Shown: positions 10,701 to 21,538 of the stretch, in pieces | Layout of the letters: every line of letters begins with the position of its first letter | Position numbering within the stretch: position 1 is the first letter of the stretch | Assembly: GCA_003344405.1 (NCBI GenBank) | Contig: NOWV01000130.1 | Coordinates: 186,001 to 214,065, forward strand | Length of the DNA stretch: 28,065 nucleotides | Source: Trichoplax sp. H2 | Taxonomy: Eukaryota | Direction of reading: 5' to 3' | Position numbers and translations under genes: made by a program | The notes under the pieces: model-generated | What the model was told of the DNA's origin: nothing | Database searches by the model: none | The model's input: the letters and a program-made list of their open reading frames with translations, nothing else

Positions 10701-13608
10701 TTAATAAACAATATCTTACTTTGTAGTCTTTGTTTGCATCTGAGTAGAAAATCCTAAACCTTGCAGAATTACGGAAGCCCTAAAAATTAAAATGAATACT
10801 ATTTTTAAATAATTATTTATAAATTTGATAATACAAAACCATTCATATGCGGTTGTAGTCTATTCAGTTTATTATAAAATTGACCTTGCAGGTGCCTTAT
10901 CAGCTTCAATTTCACTCAATTTTCCATAAACCTAGTAAAAATCTGGGAGTCAGGTAACTTTAACTACTGAAAGATGAAAGTAAAAGCAGTACAATCTTAC
11001 AAATGATAGACGTTCGTGTAAATTATGATCCTCGCTACCACTATCCCTGGGAAATAGTAAAGAAATACCTTTAATACGCATAAACGTTAACACTACCAAA
11101 AATGTCAAATATTTCATGGGAAGATAAGGTTTTTTACTTTGAATTAACTTGAAGATTAAGTTCTTTCTCTTCACGAAGTAATTGCTCTCTTTGCTGATCA
11201 CATTCGAGTACACTTTGCAAGACTGCAGTATCATCACCAGCTACCTACATGGCAACAAAAATTTAATTATAATACAAGAATTAAATTCCTAAATCAACTT
11301 CAAACTCTGTAACATCGTCAATATATCGTCTTACTAAAAAGAAATTTTTACCTCTTGCTCAACGTGAAGGACAGTAAAATGTGATGGTATTTTCAACTCT
11401 CCTCTTGAAAATTTTGAAAAGTGAATTTAAGTAAGAAATATAACGTATTTTCAAGTGCAATAAATGTTATATGGAAGATGTGTTAAGAACAATACCCTGA
11501 GATTGCGCGCAGTAAGGTTGTTTTTCCGATTCCGTTTCGTCCAACTAGTCCATACCTTCGACCACGAACTAAAATCACTTCAGCATCTCGTAAAAGAGTC
11601 CTGGCGTTGAAATATTATCATTATAAAATGTAATTGAATATCATGTTCTACATACATTTATAAATGCTAGACCAAAGAGAAATCTAATTACTTTCATACG
11701 TTTTCGAATTTGTTACTACAAAAGCATCCTATTCTAAATCACATTTTAAGCAATATTGGAGAATTTACAATATTGTCCTGTACATAGCTGCGCTTGTCAT
11801 AGTAAAATTTTTTACAAATCAGTAATTTCTTACTATAAGATAAAGATGAATACGTGTCTAAGCATGGTGTAAGACCCAAAATGCAGTACTGTATATACGA
11901 CATATATATTTATGATCTTTATGTTCTAGTGTACGATTTCAACTTTAAAACTATTTCATTCTCAAAGGAATTACTACCCTACGTCAAACAATAATGGATA
12001 CCGTTAGCTATCATCTAGTAATCCAAGATGAATGATGTAAATATGCATACCTATCAGCGTAGGAAAGATCAAAATTTTGGATATTAATGTCAGCCGTTTT
12101 AGCTCCACTAGAGTCCAGCTTTGCTTCACGTTTATTTAATGCTTGGCTTGCGATAACTCCACCATGAAATGAATTACTAAGTAGACGAGTAATTGTAAAT
12201 CAAATGATGAGGTAATACTTAACGTTAGCGAAGTAAATTAGGAACTAACTATACCTATTAGAAAGCTGCCCTTTATTATCAGAGTCTTTTGCAGCTCTCT
12301 TATCTTGCTTAGCTTTCATGCGTGCTTCAGCTTTTTCGAGTTTTTTCCTATCTACAGCCTACACCCAAATGAATACTTTACTATTTATTATAGGTATCGG
12401 TATATATAAGTGCTGAATCGTATTATAATATAAGCCCTAGGATTAAAGTAGAACTGACCAAATAAATGTTGTTGTGAATAAAAGGATTTACTTACAGATA
12501 CATTAGTTTGTGCGGAAAGCCAAATATTAGACTGTATAAGGTCGTCCTCTAGACGTAAGATGTAATAGTAACATGAGATTAGTAGAGTAAGATCGAATTC
12601 AAGAAGAAAATGACATTAAGATTGTTATGCTGTATATACCTTGTTGACGTGCGATTTCTCCAAGATGAATGGAGTTTTGTAATCGAGATGTAGCGGTAAC
12701 CTCGTCTTCTGGATCCCTACAGTATCATAGTAAATATTACAGAATCAAGATGACCAGATTGCTATTGTAGGACTAGATAAAATAACCTAGACTGTGAAAG
12801 CTTACTTTGTATTTAATTTAATCAGATCGCAGCATAAATTTTTAATCGTGTCATCATCACCACCTATTTCTTGCAAAATGTCACCGATAGCATCATACAA
12901 TTCGTCGTCGTTACTGAAATCTTCTCCATCAATTATTCCTTTATGAAGATAGTCCAAAGGAATGTTAGAAATGACGGAAAAGAATAAGTGATAACATACA
13001 AGATAGAGAGAGCAATATGACGTTCCTAATTTATTACAGATTGTGTGACAAGCGATGATTCTAAATTGCAACGACTGTTCTAGCTATAACCACGAATCAC
13101 AAGAATGCGAATAGTCTATGCTAGTAGGTTATCAAGGAAAGCTACACCAGTAATTTAGTCCTGTTATAGTACATTATGATTCTATGATATGAATCAATAG
13201 CGACATGATAGAATTTACCTTGGTCAATTCTGAACTCTTATTATAGCTTAATACGTGTGTACTCTGTATTCAGGGAGCACAAATATATTATAAATGAATT
13301 TCAATGATAACTTCTAGAAAGCTTTCCATTGACATTTTTTTTTTATTTCTACTGAATCCATTGCCACGTCGAATGAATGTATAGTACTATACTGTACTGT
13401 ACTGTACAGTACAGTACACCATCTTAGAATAGTTCATGATGCTACTGTCTAACCCTAGTCTATGATGTTAGTAGAATCAAACTAAAGCTAAAGTATGTTC
13501 ATTTTATAACCAATAATAAGCAGTAAAGCTCTTACCATTTAAGTAATTAAACATCTCATCGTCGATTTGAGGAAATTGTCGGAGAATTAATTCGCCGGCA
13601 GAAGCCAT
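7717..13608 (-). CDS. ABCF3: ABC-F family ATPase ABCF3 (GCN20 homolog), 26 coding exons, 706 aa
   Basis: Exons 13608-13536, 12938-12806, 12716-12640, 12548-12496, 12358-12255, 12176-12051, 11600-11496, 11403-11352, 11244-11138, 11046-11001, 10931-10885, 10779-10720, 10609-10553, 10463-10441, 10338-10283, 10213-10097, 10009-9926, 9626-9550, 9455-9411, 9310-9262, 9065-8985, 8861-8773, 8664-8573, 8429-8297, 8171-8084, 7863-7717 sum to 2121 nt in one frame, all GT-AG. Two NBDs (GRNGIGKTT/LSGGWRMR/LLLDEPTN and GANGTGKTT/LSGGQKSR/IIMDEPTNHLD), no TM segments, and an ABCF3-type N-terminus (MASAGELILRQFPQIDDEMFNYLNG). Confidence 0.97.
13383..13418. repeat. GTACW tract with a perfect 26-bp palindrome in ABCF3 intron 1
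   Basis: TGTACTGTACTGTACAGTACAGTACA (13393-13418) is its own reverse complement. Confidence 0.9.
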
Positions 13609-14230
13609 GATTGATAGTAGTTGTACTGTAGTAGTGCGAGGCTACACCAGCGTGCAGTACAGTATTTTACCTTGGTGTCTAACGTGCTATGTACTGTAGA
13701 AATGTACTGTACACTGTACAGTATATGCGATACTGCTGTAACTGCACCTGTGTTCTCTTTGATCTCTATGGCAGACAGCTTTCACATGACGGTGTTCCAA
13801 GAAGTGCCTTCCAAACTACTTTATAGTACTGTACACTGTAGAGTCATGGTACAGTACTGCGCAAAACAGGACTCTACAGCGGCGACACAGTAGAGTGTGA
13901 AGTAATTATTATTATTATTTTCGATGGCACCCCTTCGTTCAAAAATTAAAGTTGTATGCAATTCCTGTATAATATTTATATATATACTTGTAGAAGGATA
14001 TCTCCACTGATACAACTACATATAGAATTGATCTAGTTTGGGCCTGATTTAACTTACACAATTATATCTTTTTCAGGATGCTATCGAAATTAATCAAGAC
14101 TGTACACTTGTACAGTACTAGATCTGCATGTAGTTCATGCTCAGAATGAATGACGTGCTGTACAGTATACTATAGTGTATAGGATATCATCGTCGACTTA
14201 AACCACCATACTGTAATACAGAGGCTACTC

Positions 14231-14272
14231 AAGAGAGAAGAGAGGGGGAAGAGAGTCCCTCTCTTCTCTCTT
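14231..14272. repeat. Perfect 16-bp inverted repeat (purine arm / pyrimidine arm) with a 10-nt loop
   Basis: AAGAGAGAAGAGAGGG (14231-14246) is the exact reverse complement of CCCTCTCTTCTCTCTT (14257-14272). Confidence 0.92.
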
Positions 14273-14915
14273 TAGTAATTCTTACTGTACTGTCGATGTT
14301 AAAAAATATGAAATAAAATTCTCTTTGGGATTACATATGGATTACTAGAAAAAGTACTCGTAGAATGGCTAGAAACTATGCAGTCATGCAGTACAAGTCC
14401 TTCTGTATAGCACTACGCAGTATCAGTACACTGTTACTTATCAACGACTTCAAGGCACATTGATGCGCAACCGCAACAGAAGTGATTCAACCGTTTTCTG
14501 ATGAGAAATCGATGAGAATTTGGACTATTTCTTGGCAGATAGACAGACAAAATTTATTTTATTTGTTCAAGATCTGCTCTCCTACCTCGACAGCAAATAG
14601 ACATCATAGCAAACTTAAATGTACTGCAACAGTACATCTCGTGTGATAGAAATAATATAGAATTACAATTAATGAAATAAACCAAAGACGGGCTCGGCTC
14701 AATAGTCGATAGTGACTAAAATTTGCTTTGCCGAATCCTCCAATCCATCTTCTGAAATTACATGACTGTACAGAATGCTGTAAAATGATTCAGCTACTAT
14801 CGGTAGACCCCAAGTATTCTAGATTGATAGTACAGTAGTGTAAATTACTTTTACTTATGAGGAGTATGCAGTAAGATGAACGCCATGCCTCTTTCGATTA
14901 ATCTCGTTGCTATCA

Positions 14916-15145
14916 CACTACCTTAGCTATCTTCTACAGTATTAGCAGAAGAAGGGGAGATCAGACAGACGACAATTGTTACAAATAGTATCTCGCTTTT
15001 ACAGGTACAGTAAGACCTTTGAACTTTCTGGCACTGCCTTAGCTATCTTCTATTAGCAGAAGGGGAGATCAGAGAGACGATAATTGTTACAAATAATATC
15101 TCGCTTTTACAGGTACAGTAACACCTAGTAACACCTTTGAACTTT
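14916..15145 (+). repeat. Diverged tandem duplication, ~116-bp period
   Basis: ccttagctatcttcta...ggggagatcaga...aattgttacaaata.tatctcgcttttacaggtacagtaa...acctttgaacttt at 14921-15027 and again at 15037-15145, with small indels. Confidence 0.92.
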
Positions 15146-15444
15146 TTGAATCACGCCATTTAGAAGCGATCATCTCGTTCAGAGTCAAGAGGTCATGAGT
15201 CCAGGTGTCCTAGTAGTCCATAAGTTTGTAAGCAATTACCTCTGCCGTTACTAGCCAAAGACTAACTATCGCCGCTTTTCTTCCTCTCCTTGACCATATT
15301 AAGGCCAGTAACAGGATTACTCCTACTATAATCGAAAATCCTTCGGTCAATACTAATATCCTGGTGTAAAGATACATAAACAAATACTCCATTGGTGTCG
15401 AATTAATTTACTCTAACTTGGTTAATTGCTCTCTACAGTACAAG

Positions 15445-18400
15445 ATGTTGAAGGAAATAGCCAACACGGTCAATAATATGCCGATATCATCGTCTACAGC
15501 AAGATTATTGGTATCTTTGTACATGGGTAAGAATAGTATTATGGATACGCTCGTACTTGCAATCAATTCATTTTTGACCAGTAACTTGTAAAATATTCAA
15601 GAAGGAAAATAAGAACAATTACATACTATAAACTAGCACATCGAACTGCAGAATAGACCATAATTGTACTGTAGTATGGACGATTTTGGATCCCAATTTA
15701 AGCATGTGCCAATAGAGATATTGGTATTCAGTATGGGAGATTCAATCACGGTTAACATGTGGTTCCTGTACTGAACAATGTACTGTAGGCGGCAATCAGT
15801 CGGAGGATCATCATGTCTGTTAGGGCCATTACAGCAATTAGCATTATTATTTTAACCTAGTACTAGACTGCAAACTAATGCTATCATGAATTACTTGTAT
15901 GATCTTCAACTTGAATGAAATCATTTCTTAACTTGGATGATCATTAATTAAAGATGAATATAATATTATAGATTACTGCACGAGGACATCCATCACTTAT
16001 ATAAACTATTCAGTATCCAAACAAGGTGTACTGTACATTATACAAGCATAAGTTGAAGAATTGAGTCGTTGATCTCGCGAGATCTACGTGATTCTACTGG
16101 TAAATTACCATAGTATATAAAGTTGAATACAAATGGACAATAGAATATGAAAGACACGATTACCATGTATTTAGTGCGATATAGAGACCCTATTTCAACG
16201 ATAATGATGATGATATCATAGATGATTGTTTTCCTTACGATTCGGTTAAGTACAACACTATCATAAACAAGACTGAGTGATATTCCATTGAAATAATTTG
16301 ATCTATAGTTATTAACTTTAGCGTGAAGAATTTATAAATAAATCAATCCTCAATTCTCATTAGTAACCTTAAGTATAGAATTATACTGTAGTACATTCTT
16401 TTAGTACTATACAGTACAGTAATAGACCGTTGATTACAACTGTAGCTCGAAAGCCAATACTAGTAGAACTACTGTACTTTTCTAGTGCAGTATTTAATTT
16501 CATATCAAGAGTACCGCAATGTACTTCATAATTTACTATATAATAATTTTAACCTTATTACTTGAATTTAGGCAGTAATCGAAATAATAGATTTAAGCAA
16601 TAGAAATTGAAGCAAACAGAAAAAGAGACTGTTTTAACATCACTGTCATCCCTCTTTAGCTATTTCAGAGTATATAAATATCCAGTAAACTCCAATATGA
16701 CATCTTCACGTAATTAATATATCATCAGTAAAATCAACAGCTGCCAACTATACAGTACTAATTATATGATATGTCAATATTTTTTCATAGCCAATATTGC
16801 TTCTATCACGTTGATCGTATTACGGACTACTCGTAAACTACTGTAGCTTCACCTCATTAATTTATCTAAATTAATAATTCAGTAACTAATAAATATATTA
16901 ATTCATATGGTAAATACGCGTATAGACGTATCTCATTCTCATCATACCGCAAATTGAAACAATTTGTTATCATAGTTAGTGTGGTTATTTAGAGTGATCT
17001 CATAATCTGTTACAACAGTTTTTGCATTATTAATTATAGACTCCGTAGTATAACACTAGCGATTAAAGTAGCCAGGACAAACCTGATCGTTCAAGATTGT
17101 TTATGATAACGTAAATTATGTGAAAGTTGGATGATGGTATTAAGTTCCATTAAACGCGTTAGCTTTAACTACTGCATTGTTCATGAACTAATAGACGCAA
17201 TGGCTACTTCTAAATCAGACTTGTGTTAATTATCATCTATTACAGGACTTCCACTTGCCTTAATATATTCATGCCTAATACGCAATAGGAAGCCAAATAT
17301 TCAGGTAAATAAAAGCATATCAATATTGTCCTATCGTGAAATCGTTCCAATATACAAGTAGTACCGATATAAAATCTACAATATCAATTAAAGCTCTTTT
17401 AGGCTGAATAGTTAGTTTTCTACATAACTTTTTAGTTCTGAATATTGCAATATTCGTTACAACAATCAATGTGTACAAATTAATACATGACATACTCATT
17501 TAAAGTCATAGATTACTTAACGCAAGACCTGAGCGGATCTCGTTCCTGAAGGTCTACCATCATGCCATTTACTAATCAAATGTTGTATTCATCTTTAGCA
17601 TTGCTACTTCAGCGTATGTGGATTAGCAATTACATATTATATGTATGGTAAGTTTAAACATTTATGATTAGTAGAAAATCTTATTTGATGAACCTTCATC
17701 GCTACAACGCTAATAGCTGTCTTCGGCGGCTGACTGTTAGAAAAATTTGATATTTTTTTTGTATACAATTGATTAATTATTGCAAAGGCAACTAATTCCA
17801 GTCACAAATTTAATTTTAGGTGCCGAAAGCATCCATTGTTTGGTCAATATCCTGCTAGACTATATCTTGTTAAAAGTTTGTGGTGGTACACTGATCTCAG
17901 TTATCTTAGCATTTGTAATGAACATGGTAAGCACAATTTTATAAATTTTTTTATTTCATTTTATTAGTATTAAGTAATATTGATATGATACATTGTCAAG
18001 ACATTGGAATTCATCTGTTAAATACATATATTTGATATTGACATTAGAAATGCAAGAAAAGCTGATGATAGATTGATAGATGATAGATGATCAATTATTT
18101 ATCTCTATTCTCAGAGCTACCTATCGTATGGTTATTATAACAAATCTAAAGATCAATACGATGTAACTTGGACCCTGGTCCATTGCATACTAACGTTGAA
18201 ATTGACTGGTATAAAGCATCTGATGGCTTACATTTACGCTCGTATATTTGCAGACTCGCTAATCATGTACTTTCATTGTTCTTAGCTGTAGTATTTGATT
18301 GCTATGACGGTGCTAGAGACAAGGTAAGAGTTAACATTAATCTACGCCGAAAACTGTTTCATTTCTAGTATTTACGTAAGATGTCGCAGTCACATTAATA

Positions 18401-20630
18401 TGATGCAGTTATATCGATATTACTTTCTAAGTATAATTAAACAGAAAGCAATTTTTACGTACTACTATTTTACCTTTTTTGTAGCAAAAGCTGGAAGACT
18501 TTCAGAAAGAAAATCGATTGGAAAGGATTCCAACATTACTAGAAGTATGCAATCGCATTAATAAAAGCATAATTCATATTTCGTTAAAATTTTGGCTTAC
18601 ATTTTTATAACTAGTCCCCCAATCTTTATAAATTCGAAGTCTTTCATGATATCTTTTTGCACTTTTTGCACCATCATATCAAAAATTTTAATAAAGAATA
18701 TGCTGTGCTTCTGTCGTAGTTATTGGGCCTAAGCTACTTCTTTGGTAGTGTTATCATCGGACCGCAGGTACTATCCAAAATTCTTAATTTAATTACTTAA
18801 TCTATGTACGTTCTAATACATACAATTCACGAATTTATGACGTCAATGCTGTAGCCGACACAATTTTAAATTACTTAGGCATATATATATATTAAGCATT
18901 TAAACATTGCGCAAATGTATAGATAAATATGAAGCGATATCTAAGTTTCGTATCAGGGGAATTAATTAATCCAAAAGATGATCGATTCAGTGAAAAGTAA
19001 GTTTTGATTAATTTACAGTATTAACTATGCCTTTTACTGTTATCATTAGAATCTCATACATTGATGTCATGATTCACATAACATTTTAGACCTTGATGTT
19101 TAATTTATAGGCTGAAATATGGTGTATATCGTATACTGGGTGGTAGCATTTATTTAATATTGTATGGCATATTCTTTCCTAAATTTCATTACAAGCTCAT
19201 CTTAACTCCAGGATTTCAGGTTCTATCTCAGTATTCAATGCATTGATTCTATTAGACAAGTCTAAACTAATATCATTTATTACGATAGACTAAAACGCTT
19301 TCTTACTGGCTTTGGTTTCTATTTTGGGCAAGCAAGTTCAGCGTAATGAAGTACAATGGCATCTGGTTGCTTTCGGTATACACAACATTTTTCAATCCTA
19401 TTTCAGATAGAGTTCATAACTTTGGTCCCAGTTAATACAAATTATATTTAACTTTTAGGAGGGAAGCTGCATCATGACCGGAATTAGCTATAATCCTTCT
19501 GCGGTTAAAGTCGGATACGATAAATGGAGCAGTCTTGCAAATTGTCACCCTTGGCCTTTTGAAACTGAATGTACTCTACAAGTAATAAAGGATCTGCATT
19601 TTCTCCGTTATCGCTGTGCTTAAGCAATAACTTTTAACATAATCAATTTTAAATTAATTGCAGAGCTTGATTCATAATTTTAATATTACTACCAACGACT
19701 GGATGGTCAGGTAAAACAGAAAAAAACGTCGTCGATTTCTATACTAATCCTTTTACTGAATATTACTGAGCTCCTAAAACATTATTTTACTTTTCTTAGA
19801 TATGTGTATAAAAGACTAAAATTTCTTGGAAGTAAAATATTATGCCACTTCGGGTCTTTAGCTTTTATATCCCTTTGGCACGGCTTTTACGCCGGATATT
19901 ATCTCAATTTTGCATGGGAATTTATCACTGTTCTTCTAGAGAAGCAGGTTATAATACAATATTTGTTGGAAAGAGAATATATAAACTTCATTACACTTGT
20001 TATTCGTGGTCCATAACTTAACTTATTAACCCTTTTAGGCTGGAAATGTATTTTCTACTATATATGGGGCGCCGTTTTATCAGTCACATCCTCTTCTTAA
20101 ACTAGCTTTATTTCCATTAGCGTATTTTATGCGCCATATGATATTAGCCTTTGGAATGATGGTATTCACACTTCTACGATTGGACTGGTGTTTACAGGTA
20201 ATTTAATAGTTACTAATCGGTACAAGTATGACGCATTTCTTGGACATAACTATGATTTTAGCGCACATAATATTCACTATGCGAAACTAAGCTAATGATG
20301 TATACTTTTAAATCTTCAGGCGTATAAAGTCTTTGGTTATGCTAATTTTTACTGCGTCGTTTACTGGATCATATTCTACACTACTTTCCGTGTTTTCAAA
20401 TCAAGGCTTTTTCCTTCATCAAGAAGAAAGTGAGTACTGTAGAAATCCTGATTCTTTCGTTATGTCGAATCAACCAGTGTAAAAATCGTGCAGTTATTAG
20501 GTATAACATATTCAATTACTATTCACAGTAAATCGCATTATTTTATCCTACTATTGTCAATCTACTAATTGTTTTTTTTAACATGCTTTCTTACCTATAC
20601 AGCATCAAAACTGGGAAAGCAGAAGAGTAA
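15445..20630 (+). CDS. LPCAT3: Lysophospholipid acyltransferase 5 / LPCAT3 (MBOAT5)-like, paralog A
   Basis: Exons 15445-15526, 17246-17304, 17599-17647, 17820-17926, 18115-18208, 18286-18323, 18485-18544, 18720-18767, 18923-18996, 19111-19219, 19289-19375, 19459-19581, 19664-19710, 19800-19947, 20039-20197, 20320-20429 and probable 20603-20630 give 473 aa. If the last intron is not spliced, the stop is at 20433 (465 aa). Motifs: YDVTWTLVHCILTLKL, FDCYDG, YFFGSVIIGPQ, FNITTNDWMVRYVYKRLKFLG, catalytic LWHG. Confidence 0.93.
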
Positions 20631-21538
20631 ATTAGTCCACAAATACCATTTCTATCATATCTAAACGAACTTGTAGTTCGGTATTCATTGTCGAGATCGT
20701 TATCGATATGCGTGTATATATATAAATAGTACCAATCGGGGACGTTTTGGCAAGTACTTTTACTGTTCTCATTTACGCGTATAAAACCTAGAAATATCGA
20801 ACTGCTTTCAACGAAAGTACATTTTATCCTTTTAGTCAATCTATAGTGTATTAACTATTAGAAATGCAGATAATTTTACTAATATCCGCAAGATACCGTT
20901 AGTGAAACTACTTTTTTAGGTATTTGCAGACCTTCGTAGGTATACAATGGATAACGTAGTTACTAAAACCATTAAAGACTTGTTTAAAATCACATTCTAT
21001 CTCCATGTCACCATTGCTACGTTCGAATATCATTTATCAGCTAATCTTGTTTAATTAAATGAAAACGTATCTAGATATGCAACTTTATCTGTTGATAACT
21101 AGTCATCTTGCATTTATTCTTCTCTGGCATTTGGCATTTGTAAAGACTAAACTATTTCTGAAATAACGCGATCGTTAATTAATTTTGTTGGAAGCATAAT
21201 TAACTTCTGTAATCTTATGAAGTTACTGTTTGTTTCATGATCGAATTTAAGTAATAACATTTTAAGCGAATTATTAGAGCGCTGTTATACTATTTTCAAA
21301 CATCAAATTATGTCACTCTTACCAATTAAAATTGTTGAAATGGTATTTATTTAACCAAAGAAACGCAAAATTTTAATCTATTCCATAATTAAAGTGTCGT
21401 ATGTTGAAAATAACAAACGATCATCGTAGAAACTTGAATTTAGCTACGCGACTTAAAAAAAACCCTAAAAGGAGATTCGAGAATTGTATGAAATCTATTA
21501 TAGGGGTCGAATACACTTCCTCTAATTCTGAGACCAGG

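Larger units (their letters stand above)
13609..15444. promoter_or_regulatory. Divergent promoter/5' UTR region between ABCF3 and LPCAT3-like A
   Basis: Between ATGs at 13608 (-) and 15445 (+), with scattered GTACW tracts at 13620-13860 and 14100-14430. An acceptor-like ctctctacag (ends 15438) just before the LPCAT3-A ATG implies an upstream non-coding exon. Confidence 0.5.

Noticed and set aside
13449..13458. CTAACCCTAG resembling a telomerase RNA template
   Set aside because: Short match expected by chance; no recognisable pseudoknot or CR4/5; lies antisense within ABCF3 intron 1.
20431..20433. In-frame TGA as possible selenocysteine or readthrough
   Set aside because: It is the natural stop or part of a GTGAGT splice donor; no SECIS recognised, and MBOATs are not known selenoproteins.
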